From contig OZ250150.1 in the NCBI GenBank assembly GCA_965237675.1, positions 5,312,001 through 5,376,000 of the forward strand: a stretch of DNA of 64,000 nt, read 5' to 3'. How positions within the stretch are numbered: the stretch's first letter is position 1; every line of letters begins with the position of its first letter. This document shows positions 30,210 through 39,553 of this stretch, in pieces. The notes beneath the pieces are model-generated. The model was not told the DNA's origin. It did not search any database and saw only the letters and a list, made by a program, of their open reading frames with translations. Position numbers and translations under genes: made by a program. The stretch is from Candidatus Latescibacterota bacterium. Lineage in GTDB: Bacteria > Latescibacterota > UBA2968 > GCA-2709665.

Positions 30210-32075
30210 CCTCTAATTAAGCGGGTTTTTTGAGATTTTTATGTACAAAAGTACCGGAAAGACTTATCTTTGTTGAAGATAGCAGTATCCGACGAGAAAT
30301 TGCTACTCCAACGAAGGAGGCCTTTCCGGTGAAAAGAATATCGGTAAAAGAAAGCCGCAGGAACAGTGTTAATTGTGGGCGCAAGGTACGTGCTCGGCAT
30401 CAGCTTGGCGGTCGTTTTTGTGCGCAAGGCAAGCCAATGTTTGGCAGCACCTATGTGCATTACGAGGTCAGCGCCCAGCCGGAAGGGATGAGTTACGGTG
30501 GCATAGCGGCCGTGCATCGTCTGGTGACGAAGTTGGGCTTGGTCGAAGGCATCGACGCGACGTTGAAGTTGCTGAAGGTGCATCTGCCGTATCATGAGTC
30601 GGATCACGTGTTGAACCTTGCCTACAACGTGATGTGCGGCGGCACGCGTCTGGAAGACATCGAGCGTTTGCGGCATGACGGGGCCTACATGAATGCCTTG
30701 AGCGCGAAGCTGATCCCGGACCCGACGACTGCGGGCGACTTTACGCGTCGCTTCACGGAAGCGGACGTGATCGGGCTGATGGACTGTATTAACGCGGTAC
30801 GCCCCAAGTTGTGGCGCACACGCGCTGCCAGACTCCTGGAGCCGGTCGCCTACATCGATGTGGATGGTACGACCGCCCCGACGTATGGGGAGAAGAAGGG
30901 CGGCATGGACATCTCCTACAAGGGCGTGTGGGGGTATGCGCCCCTGATCGTATCGTTGGCCAATACCAAAGAGGTGCTGTATATCGTCAACCGTCCGGGC
31001 AACGCGTCTTCTCACCAGGGGGCCGCCCCCTGGATCGATGCGTCCATCCGGGTGGTGAAGCCCCACGCGGGGCGCGTGTGCCTACGCGGCGACACGGACT
31101 TTTCGCTTACGGCTCACCTCGATCGCTGGGCGAAGGACGTCGATTTCATCTTCGGGATGGACTGCAATGACGCCTTACGAACACGCGCCGAGGCCCTTGA
31201 CGAAGCCAACTGGCAGCGCCTGCACCGACCTGTAGCACCCCAGAAAAGGCGGCGGCGCGACAATGAGAAGCAGCGTATCGTCAAGGCGCGGGGCTACCTC
31301 AAGCTGGCGCTGAACTTCGAAGACGTGGCTGAGTTTGACTATCAGCCCGGCAAGTGCGAACGGTCCTACCGCGTTGTGGCGCTGCGAAAAAACATCAGTA
31401 AGGCCAAAGGTGAGCAGACCCTCTTCGACGAAATCCGCTATTTCTTCTACATCACCACGCGCGACGACCTGACCCCCGCCGAGGTCGTCTTTGCTGCCAA
31501 CAAACGATGCGACCAGGAAAACGTCATCGAACAGCTCAAGAACGGCGTCAATGCCCTGCGCGTGCCCTTGTATGACTTGATCAGCAACTGGGCCTACATG
31601 GTCATCGCCGCGCTGGCCTGGAACATCAAGTCGTGGTTTGCCTTGATGATGCATCGAAAAAACCATCGCCGACACTATATCCGTATGGACTTTCGGACCT
31701 TCCTCTCACACATCATCCTGTTTCCCTGTCGTGTCGTGAGACACGCCCGAAGCACCACCGTGCGCATCATCGGCTATCAGCCGTCACTGAAAAGACTCTT
31801 GAGCGCCTGGGCCACCATCGAACGCACCGGCTTCACCTGACACCGGTACGGACCGTGACCATAGACCACCAGACCCACGACGCCTACCGCGACGCAACGG
31901 ACAAATACGCCCACCCCACAAATAATGGGTCGCTTTACGACTCAAACAAACACGCAACAAACCGCAGAACGACCTCCCGTCGACCCCATTAGGCGGCACC
32001 GATACTTCTATCAACCAAACCGCAACACAAATTGGCCTTTCTGTTCAGCAAACAACAATACTCGCTTATTTAAGG
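30210..32075 (+). mobile_element. IS1380-family insertion sequence
   Basis: Imperfect terminal IRs (CCTCTAATTAAGCGGGT / ACTCGCTTATTTAAGG) flanked by a CCTAG direct repeat (30205-30209, 32076-32080). Confidence 0.85.
30329..31840 (+). CDS. IS1380-family DDE transposase (start uncertain)
   Basis: IPDPTTAGDF, IDVDGT, RPGN, LRGDTDF, RCDQENVIEQLK, NWAYM. Confidence 0.92.
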   Translation: MKRISVKESRRNSVNCGRKVRARHQLGGRFCAQGKPMFGSTYVHYEVSAQPEGMSYGGIAAVHRLVTKLGLVEGIDATLKLLKVHLPYHESDHVLNLAYNVMCGGTRLEDIERLRHDGAYMNALSAKLIPDPTTAGDFTRRFTEADVIGLMDCINAVRPKLWRTRAARLLEPVAYIDVDGTTAPTYGEKKGGMDISYKGVWGYAPLIVSLANTKEVLYIVNRPGNASSHQGAAPWIDASIRVVKPHAGRVCLRGDTDFSLTAHLDRWAKDVDFIFGMDCNDALRTRAEALDEANWQRLHRPVAPQKRRRRDNEKQRIVKARGYLKLALNFEDVAEFDYQPGKCERSYRVVALRKNISKAKGEQTLFDEIRYFFYITTRDDLTPAEVVFAANKRCDQENVIEQLKNGVNALRVPLYDLISNWAYMVIAALAWNIKSWFALMMHRKNHRRHYIRMDFRTFLSHIILFPCRVVRHARSTTVRIIGYQPSLKRLLSAWATIERTGFT

Positions 32076-32473
32076 CCTAGCGTGAATTATTCACGAAGAT
32101 CTGTCGTTTATTTGAATTAGAGGTTGTTTTTAATCAATTTAGCGTAGAAAATGACGTCAACCTCAAAAGTTATACGATCCAGATGGTTAGAGTGACGGCG
32201 CACAGCCTATGGTGGAAGGGTTCATTGCCAATATCCGGATCAGTGCTCACTCTTCCTACCTTTGGTCTCTTATCCTGTCCATTCATCGTGAGTCCGGTTG
32301 TCGCATGAAATAGGCTAACAAGCTTACGCTTGGTACGATTGCTATTCGAGCGCAAATCCGATCGGCATTTTCTCACGTGCTGCCAATACCGAGGTCGGAT
32401 CCGAGATGAATTTGCACAGCGCACCTGCGCCATTTTCGTGAACCATCTCGGAGTTTTGAAGGGGTTCTGCGTC

Positions 32474-33265
32474 GTGTATTTATCTTATTTTGACGAGTCG
32501 GGTGACGACGGAAATCCTGGATCGTCACTTCTTTACGTTCAGACTGCGATTTATGTACATCATCAACAGTGGAATGACTCATTCGAGGCTCTCTACGAAT
32601 TCCGCAGGCGGCTGAAGAAGGACTATGGTTTGCCGATTCGACTCGAAATTCACGTCAAACCTTTCTTGCTCAACAAACGTCCGTATCAACGGCTCAAAAT
32701 TCAGGAAAGAACGAGGGTAAAGATCATCGATAAACTCTGCGGATTTCTCGCGACTTTACCTCTGAAAACTTTGAATGTGGCTATCGACAAGGGCAGAATC
32801 ACCCGGGGCGCGGACTATGATATCTTAGGAAACGCTATGGTGTACACAATTCAAAGGCTTGAGAATGATCTAAAGAAAAATGATCCCTCGTCCAGCTTCC
32901 TGATCATCACAGACGAAGGAAGAGTTGGCAAGATGAGGCGAATTGCTAGAAAAGTGCGGCGTATGAACTATATTCCATCACGATTTCAGCCTGGTACGTA
33001 CGTTGACGCCAGGATCACAAAACTCATTGAAGATCCGTTACCTAAGAGCTCAGACCAATCGTACTTTATCCAGGCAAGTGACTTTATCGCCACCGTCACC
33101 TATTACTATCAGCTACACAAATTGGGGAAACTGTCTTTTCCGAGCAGGTTTCCCAAATCAATCAACTCGACCAGGATCGAAGTATGGATGAATACTCTGT
33201 TGCCAATCCTTAATACACTTGCTTCTAACTCCGATAAATTCGGCGTTGTTTGCTATCCCAAATAG
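32474..33265 (+). CDS. DUF3800 domain protein (RNase H-like fold)
   Basis: N-terminal YFDESG, central EIH and ITDEG, C-terminal IEDP...S..SYFIQASDFIA (QxxD). Confidence 0.88.
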   Translation: MYLSYFDESGDDGNPGSSLLYVQTAIYVHHQQWNDSFEALYEFRRRLKKDYGLPIRLEIHVKPFLLNKRPYQRLKIQERTRVKIIDKLCGFLATLPLKTLNVAIDKGRITRGADYDILGNAMVYTIQRLENDLKKNDPSSSFLIITDEGRVGKMRRIARKVRRMNYIPSRFQPGTYVDARITKLIEDPLPKSSDQSYFIQASDFIATVTYYYQLHKLGKLSFPSRFPKSINSTRIEVWMNTLLPILNTLASNSDKFGVVCYPK

Positions 33266-33332
33266 GAATCGCCCCCGGTTCTAACCGGGGGCGATTCTCA
33301 CCACCTAGGCACATTCGCGCTTTCAGTGGTTC
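33260..33332 (-). ncRNA. Candidate DUF3800-associated small RNA, convergent with the gene
   Basis: ACCAC/GTGGT stem enclosing a GCGC-GAAT-GTGC hairpin, followed by a long perfect hairpin at 33266-33297; own promoter upstream. Confidence 0.65.
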
Positions 33333-33337
33333 AATAA

Positions 33338-33366
33338 AATTTAGTGTTAATTGACGATCATGTCAA
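33338..33366 (-). promoter_or_regulatory. Sigma70 promoter TTGACA-N17-TAAATT driving the candidate sRNA
   Basis: Consensus -35, 17-bp spacer, 4/6 -10 with the conserved T, A and final T; no ORF follows before the hairpin. Confidence 0.7.
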
Positions 33367-33678
33367 GCCAAAAGGATGGCAATTGTGACGTTTGCCTCGA
33401 TTATCGGTCGCGATGCAACGGCTTGTATTGAGTTATTGATTGACTGCGCTACCGTGGCTGCTCGTGTTGAAATCACCCACCGCATCAGCCGTCGCCGATC
33501 GGCTCGGCTTCTGCGACCTACCCTCAAGGAGAGTGATTGGACCGTCAAACGGGCTCGCGCGTTCACTTCCACCTAATTCGATTCGGCTGAGCATAGCGAA
33601 GTCGCGTTAGGTCAGAATATGGTACGACTCATAGCAAAAAAGGTTTACACCAATTTGACGTAAGCCCTTGTTTTTTTA

Positions 33679-33755
33679 TGGTCGGGGAGGCGGGATTCGA
33701 ACCCGCGACCCCCTGCTCCCAAAGCAGGTGCTCTGCCGGACTGAGCCACTCCCCG
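33679..33755 (-). tRNA. tRNA-Pro(TGG)
   Basis: CGGGGAG acceptor stem, CCTGC-TT-TGG-GA-GCAGG anticodon arm, GGTTCGAATCC, CCA end; fully paired. Confidence 0.97.
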
Positions 33756-34055
33756 TCGCATGATGCCAAATTGGACTATCCGTTCGGAATATCCACAAAA
33801 CCGCTGCTTCGAGCAAGAAAAAAGGTTTAACAGCCTTACAAGACACGTTCGTCAATTGCAATACTCGCGGGAACCCTTACGTTTCCACGCGCATGACTGG
33901 CGCTGCGCCACTAATCCATCGGGTCGGGGCATCCACCGCCTGGGCCTTTCCGTGGCTCTGTAGATTTCATTTGCCCCACTCGTCCGGTCGCAGTACTTTG
34001 ACCACCGATTTGAGGCAAGTTCCTATCATTCTCCAATCCCAACACTCTCTCGCCT

Positions 34056-35189
34056 ATGCCCGCCAAACCCGTCCTGATTATCGACGGCCATCTTGACATG
34101 GCCTTCAACGCCCTCTTCTACCGGCGCGACCTCACCCAACCCGTGCAGGTCCTGCGCGAACGGGAGGATGTCGTCACCTCAGGCCTGTCCATCCATAAGG
34201 ACTCTCTTGAAAGACGGGCGGGCCTCAAGGACAAACGCTATACGGTCACCGTGGCCCTGCCGGAGATGCGCGAGGGCCACGTCGGCATCATGCTCTCCAC
34301 CGTCATGGCCCGCGTCCAGGCCCCCTCCATCGATTCCCACAACTCCGTTCGCGCCCAATCGGTAGCATACGCAAGGGGCCAGAGCCACCTCCACTATTAC
34401 AACGCCCTCGCCCGCCGGGGCGAGATCACATTCATCAAAAACGCCGCCGATCTGGATGCCTGTGTCTCGTCATGGCAGAATCCGACGGACACCACACCGA
34501 TCGGCCTGATCCTCACCGCCGAAAGCGCCGATCCCATCCTGGGTCCCGACCAGGTGCAGGAATGGTGGGATGCCGGCCTGCGCTCCGTGTCTCTCACGCA
34601 TTTCGGCGCCAACACCTACGGCCACGGAACCGGCACCGTGGGCGGCCTCTATCCCACTGCCTACCCCCTGATGGATGCCTTCAAAAACGTGGGCATGGTC
34701 ATCGACCTCACCCACGCTTCCGACCTCGCCTTCTGGCAAATCCTGGATTATTGGGACGGCCCGGTTCACGCCAGCCACTGCAACTGCCGCGCACTGATTC
34801 CCGGTCAGCGACACCTGAGCGACGAGATGATCCGGGCCATTGTGGAACGCGGCGGCGTCATCGGAATGGTCTTTGCCGAACAGATGCTGAGCCCCACCTG
34901 GGACTGGGACGATCCTTCGACCCACTACACCACCGCCACACGGCCCATGAAGGCCGTTGTCGAACACATCGACCACGTCTGCCAAGTCACCGGCAACAGC
35001 CGCCACGTGGCCTTCGGAACGGACCTGGACGGTGGATTCGGGCTGGAACTGTCGCCCACGGACTACAACACGATCGCCGACCTCCAGCGATTCCCGGGCA
35101 TTATGGAAGCGCACGGATACACATCAGACGACATCGACAACATCTGTCACGGTAACCTCATCCGGTTCTTCAAGGATGCGTGGACCTGA
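34056..35189 (+). CDS. Membrane dipeptidase (peptidase M19) family
   Basis: IIDGHLD, ESAD, IDLTH, ASHCN, HIDH, GTDLDGG. Confidence 0.9.
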   Translation: MPAKPVLIIDGHLDMAFNALFYRRDLTQPVQVLREREDVVTSGLSIHKDSLERRAGLKDKRYTVTVALPEMREGHVGIMLSTVMARVQAPSIDSHNSVRAQSVAYARGQSHLHYYNALARRGEITFIKNAADLDACVSSWQNPTDTTPIGLILTAESADPILGPDQVQEWWDAGLRSVSLTHFGANTYGHGTGTVGGLYPTAYPLMDAFKNVGMVIDLTHASDLAFWQILDYWDGPVHASHCNCRALIPGQRHLSDEMIRAIVERGGVIGMVFAEQMLSPTWDWDDPSTHYTTATRPMKAVVEHIDHVCQVTGNSRHVAFGTDLDGGFGLELSPTDYNTIADLQRFPGIMEAHGYTSDDIDNICHGNLIRFFKDAWT

Positions 35190-35253
35190 CGCCCACCGGA
35201 ATTCTTCCATACCCGCCTCTCCTCCGCCGGGTACCTTTCGTTAAGGGCATCAC

Positions 35254-36336
35254 ATGTCGGACCAGCCGTATCTCATCGCAGACAGCCACCTGGACCTCGG
35301 GTTCAGCGCGATTCAGGTCAACCGGGACCTCACCCAGCCGGCCGCAACCGTCCGCGTCCACGACGCCGAACCCGTGATGCGCGGCTTCGGGAGCTGCACC
35401 GTGACCTTTCCCGAGCTTCGCCGGGGGCGCGTGGGCATCATATTCGGCACGATGATGTCCCGCACCGACCCCAACGACCGCTGGACCAGGACGGGCATGT
35501 ACTGCCAGGACCAGTGCCACGGCGTGGGCCGCGGCCATCTGGCCTATTACCAGGCGATGGAACGCGAAGGTGTGATCCGCTTCATCCGCAATTCGCAAGA
35601 CCTGGACGATACGGTGGCCGCCTGGCGAGACCCCGCCTCGGACACGCCGATCGGCCTTGTGCTGGCCATGGAAAGCGCCGACCCCATTCTGGATCCGTCC
35701 CAGGTTCCGGAATGGCACGACCTCGGGCTTCGAATCGTCAGTATTTCCCACTATGGCGTGAGTTCATACTGCCATGGCACGGGTACCGAAGGCGGCCTTT
35801 TGGAACGCGGCAAGCCCCTGCTCGACGCCCTCAAGGATGCGGGTATCATCGTCGATCTCACCCACACCACTGACCAGGCTTTCTGGGAAATCCTGGATGT
35901 CTACGACGGCCCCGTAGCCGCCTCTCACCACAACTGCCGCGCACTCACCCCCGGCCAGCGACAGCTCACCGACGAAATGATCGAAGCCATTATCGAACGC
36001 GGTGGCGTGATCGGCGCCGCCTTCGATGCCTGGATGCTGGATCCGGATTGGAGACGCGAAATCCCGTGCTGGGCGCAGAGCACAAAGGCCACCCTCGAAA
36101 CGGTCGCCGATCATATCGACCACGTGTGTCAACTCGCAGGCAACGCACGGCACGCCGGCATCGGTACGGACCTCGACGGCGGATTCGGACAGGAACAGTC
36201 CCCGCGCGACCTCAACACCATTGCCGATCTTCAGAAACTGGTCGGCATCCTCCAACGACGCGGCTACGTCGAACAGAACGTACGCAACATTCTTTCCGGC
36301 AATTGGGTCCGATTCCTGAAGGAAGTATGGGGGTAG
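35254..36336 (+). CDS. Membrane dipeptidase (peptidase M19) family, tandem paralog
   Basis: IADSHLD, ESAD, VDLTH, ASHHN, HIDH, GTDLDGG. Confidence 0.9.
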   Translation: MSDQPYLIADSHLDLGFSAIQVNRDLTQPAATVRVHDAEPVMRGFGSCTVTFPELRRGRVGIIFGTMMSRTDPNDRWTRTGMYCQDQCHGVGRGHLAYYQAMEREGVIRFIRNSQDLDDTVAAWRDPASDTPIGLVLAMESADPILDPSQVPEWHDLGLRIVSISHYGVSSYCHGTGTEGGLLERGKPLLDALKDAGIIVDLTHTTDQAFWEILDVYDGPVAASHHNCRALTPGQRQLTDEMIEAIIERGGVIGAAFDAWMLDPDWRREIPCWAQSTKATLETVADHIDHVCQLAGNARHAGIGTDLDGGFGQEQSPRDLNTIADLQKLVGILQRRGYVEQNVRNILSGNWVRFLKEVWG

Positions 36337-36384
36337 GGGCATCGTATGCGTCGTCCCTGCCTTTGTTTGCCAGGCCGATCCCCG

Positions 36385-37854
36385 ATGAATCCAAGACCGA
36401 ACCTGATCCTCGTCACCACCGACCAGCAACGCGGCGACTGCCTCGGGTGCGACGGCCACCCCGTACTGGAAACGCCGTACCTGGATGAACTGGCCGAAGG
36501 CGGCGCGCGTTTCAACCACGCCTACACCTCCGTCCCCTCCTGCACCCCCGCCCGCGCGGGCATCCTCACGGGCATGGACCAGTGGAACCATGGCCGTCTC
36601 ACGATGACCGGCGCCGACCCGCTCGAATACCCCGCCACGTTGCCCGGAGAACTCGCCAATTCGGGCTACCACACCCAGGCCGTGGGCAAGATGCATTTCC
36701 ATCCCCAACGCAAACTCTACGGCTTCCACCATATGGTCCTGGACGAAAGCGGACGCCGGTTGGGCAACTTCATCAGCGACTACCACGAATTCTTCGAGAA
36801 ACACAAAGAGGGCGAAACCGGCTACCGCGACCACAGCATCGACTGGAACTCCTGGATGGCCCGCCCCTCGCATCTGCCCGAACACCTGCACCCCACGCAC
36901 TGGACCGCCTCGGAAGGCATCAGGTTTCTCGAGAATCGCGATCCAACCAAACCCTTCTTTCTCTGGCTCTCTTTCGCGCGCCCCCATTCTCCGTATGATC
37001 CGCCGCAGACCTACTACGATATGTACGTCGACAATCCCGACGTTCCCGAAGCCGCTATGGGCCCGTGGTCGGCCCGGTACGACCGGCGAATCGCCGACGT
37101 GAATGCCCCGCGCTCGCGCCGAACGGACTCGGAGATCCACCGTGCGCGAGCGGCGTATTACGGCAACATCACCTTCATCGACCACCAGATCGGCCGCGTC
37201 CTCCACGAACTGCGGCGGCGCGACCCTGCAGCGCTTGGGAACACCCTCATTCTGTTCACCTCGGATCACGGCGACATGATGGGCGACCACCACCACTGGC
37301 GAAAAACCTACGCCTACGAAGGCTCCGCCCGAATTCCCTTCATCCTCAAATACCCGGAGGCCTGGAACTTTCCCCGAAACCAGACACTGGCGCAGCCAGT
37401 AGAGTTACGCGACGTCATGCCCACGTTCCTTGACGCAGCGGGCGTTCCCATACCGAAATCCGTGGACGGCCTCAGCCTGTTGGACCTCGCCCGCGGCAAC
37501 ACCGGCGCCTGGCGCGGGTTCGTACAGGGCGAACACACCACCTGCTACGACAAAGAACACGGCATGCAATACGTTACCGACGGACGCGAGAAGTACATCT
37601 GGTTCCACCATACCGGCGTTGAACAGTTCTTCGACCTGGAGACCGACCCTCTGGAATGCAACGACCTCGCGGCGAACCCCGATCGTCAACCCCGTATCGA
37701 CTTGTGGCGCAAACGCCTGGCCGAAATCAACGAAACACGCGGCGATCCCCGGGGCCGGGACGGCAAGCTCGTGCCTCAGCCGCAGGGGGCGCTGGCGCTC
37801 TCGCCCTACTACGAAAAGTGGAAACAAAGCGCGAACGCGTTGGATGGTACGTAA
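36385..37854 (+). CDS. Arylsulfatase family protein
   Basis: PNLILVTTDQQR, CTPAR, GKMH, PHSP, SDHG. Confidence 0.92.
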   Translation: MNPRPNLILVTTDQQRGDCLGCDGHPVLETPYLDELAEGGARFNHAYTSVPSCTPARAGILTGMDQWNHGRLTMTGADPLEYPATLPGELANSGYHTQAVGKMHFHPQRKLYGFHHMVLDESGRRLGNFISDYHEFFEKHKEGETGYRDHSIDWNSWMARPSHLPEHLHPTHWTASEGIRFLENRDPTKPFFLWLSFARPHSPYDPPQTYYDMYVDNPDVPEAAMGPWSARYDRRIADVNAPRSRRTDSEIHRARAAYYGNITFIDHQIGRVLHELRRRDPAALGNTLILFTSDHGDMMGDHHHWRKTYAYEGSARIPFILKYPEAWNFPRNQTLAQPVELRDVMPTFLDAAGVPIPKSVDGLSLLDLARGNTGAWRGFVQGEHTTCYDKEHGMQYVTDGREKYIWFHHTGVEQFFDLETDPLECNDLAANPDRQPRIDLWRKRLAEINETRGDPRGRDGKLVPQPQGALALSPYYEKWKQSANALDGT

Positions 37855-37919
37855 CGCCGAACCGGGCCGGCGCACACCCTATGTAGCCAGTTATATTCAC
37901 GTCGATTCGAGACGATCCC

Positions 37920-38957
37920 ATGGCAAAGGAAACGGGCTTAAGCTTTTCCCCGTCGGTACATCACCGGCATCTGATGGACACACTCGATCCGTCACTGGCT
38001 TACCGGGGCGACGACTTCGGACCATGGCAGAACAAACTCCGCCGGAAAGTCCGCCAGCTTGTCGGGGACATGCCGGAAGAACGGGTTCCGCTAAACGTAC
38101 GCTCCCTCTGGAAACGGCATCACCCGCTGGGAAGTATCGAAAAAATCGTATTCACCAGCGAGACCTGCGCGGACGTTCCCGCTTTTATTTGCCTGCCGGA
38201 AAACGCAGATCCCCCATACACCTTCTTCATCTGCCTCCAGGGCCACTCGACTGGAATGCACAACTCCATCGGCGTCGCACGGGACGACAATACCGAATCC
38301 ATCGACGTACCCGGCGACCGGGACTTCGGCATCGGATGCATGGCTCGTGGTATCGCCGCCCTCTGCATCGAACAGCGCTCTTTCGGCGAACGTCGGGAAC
38401 GCGTTCAGCAGAAAACGTCCTCTCACGGCTGTCACGACGCCACAATGCACGCCTTTATGCTGGGCCGTACGCTTCTGGGGGAGCGCGTCTACGACGTGGA
38501 TAGAGGGATCGATTACCTGCTTTCACGCGACGACGTACATCCGGGACGCATCGGCGTCATGGGCAATTCAGGTGGTGGCACGATCAGCCTATTTGCGTCG
38601 GCGTTGCTGCCGCGCATCGCGTACGCCATGCCCTCCTGTTATTTCTGTACGTTCCGCGACTCGATCATGTCCATTTATCACTGTGCGGACAACTACGTGC
38701 CCGGCCTGCTCAAATACGCCGAAATGGCGGACGTCATGGGGCTCTTCGCCCCGAGACCCGTCGTTCTCGTCGCCGGGAAAGACGACGGAATTTTCCCCGT
38801 CGCCGGTGTTCGAGAGGCCTTTGACCATCTCAAGAACATCTACACCGCCGCGGGCGCGCCCGACCGCTGCCACCTTGTTATCGGTAACGGAGGTCATCGC
38901 TTCTACGCCCAGGAAGCGTGGCCCGTCATGCTAGCGGAAATTGCGAATGACCCCTGA
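37920..38957 (+). CDS. Alpha/beta hydrolase (acetyl esterase / dienelactone hydrolase-like)
   Basis: GNSGGG nucleophile elbow, GKDDGIF, GGHRF. Confidence 0.85.
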   Translation: MAKETGLSFSPSVHHRHLMDTLDPSLAYRGDDFGPWQNKLRRKVRQLVGDMPEERVPLNVRSLWKRHHPLGSIEKIVFTSETCADVPAFICLPENADPPYTFFICLQGHSTGMHNSIGVARDDNTESIDVPGDRDFGIGCMARGIAALCIEQRSFGERRERVQQKTSSHGCHDATMHAFMLGRTLLGERVYDVDRGIDYLLSRDDVHPGRIGVMGNSGGGTISLFASALLPRIAYAMPSCYFCTFRDSIMSIYHCADNYVPGLLKYAEMADVMGLFAPRPVVLVAGKDDGIFPVAGVREAFDHLKNIYTAAGAPDRCHLVIGNGGHRFYAQEAWPVMLAEIANDP

Positions 38958-39010
38958 AACAAAACTGATAAGGGCGCGGCGCTCATACCCCGCCGGCAGG
39001 AGAGGAGATC

Positions 39011-39484
39011 ATGCCGACGAAGTACTGGCTGATGAAATGTGAACTCAACGAATGCAGTTTCGACGACCTGAAGGACAACCGCCCCGATAGCACCGGAAAG
39101 TGGCGCGGCGTGCGCAACTATCAGGCCCGGAACTTTATCCGAGACGACATGCGAAGGGGCGACATCGTCCTTTTCTACCAGTCGAACTGCGATGAGCCCG
39201 GTGTTGCCGGCCTGGCGGAGATTGTGCGGGCGGCCTATCCGGACCCCACTGCTTTCGACCCGGAGAGTCATTACTACGATGCCAAATCCAAACCGGACGA
39301 TCCCCGCTGGTTTTCCGTGGACATCAAATGGAAAAAGGCCTTCAAGACCTACGTGCGTCTCAAAGACCTGAAAGCCAATCCTGAACTGAAAGATATGCTG
39401 GTTGTTCGCAGGGGCCAGCGCCTCTCCATCCAGCCCGTGAAGCAAAGGGAATTTGAAGTCGTATGTGAAATGGGAGGGATCTGA
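39011..39484 (+). CDS. EVE domain protein
   Basis: YWLMK, W.GVRNYQARNF, YPDPTAFD, RLSIQPV. Confidence 0.93.
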   Translation: MPTKYWLMKCELNECSFDDLKDNRPDSTGKWRGVRNYQARNFIRDDMRRGDIVLFYQSNCDEPGVAGLAEIVRAAYPDPTAFDPESHYYDAKSKPDDPRWFSVDIKWKKAFKTYVRLKDLKANPELKDMLVVRRGQRLSIQPVKQREFEVVCEMGGI

Positions 39485-39553
39485 AATTCCCCCGTCTCCT
39501 ATCGCCATACGCTCGGCGTCTGTAGGAGACCCCGTATACGTGGCCAAATCCAA

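Larger units (their letters stand above)
29170..33720. mobile_element. Integrase-less genomic islet at tRNA-Pro(TGG)
   Basis: Bounded by 42-bp direct repeats of the tRNA 3' end; cargo is AT-richer than the flanks. Confidence 0.8.

Noticed and set aside
33376-33576. Small ORF or integrase remnant in the islet
   Set aside because: No recognisable integrase motif or other family signature.
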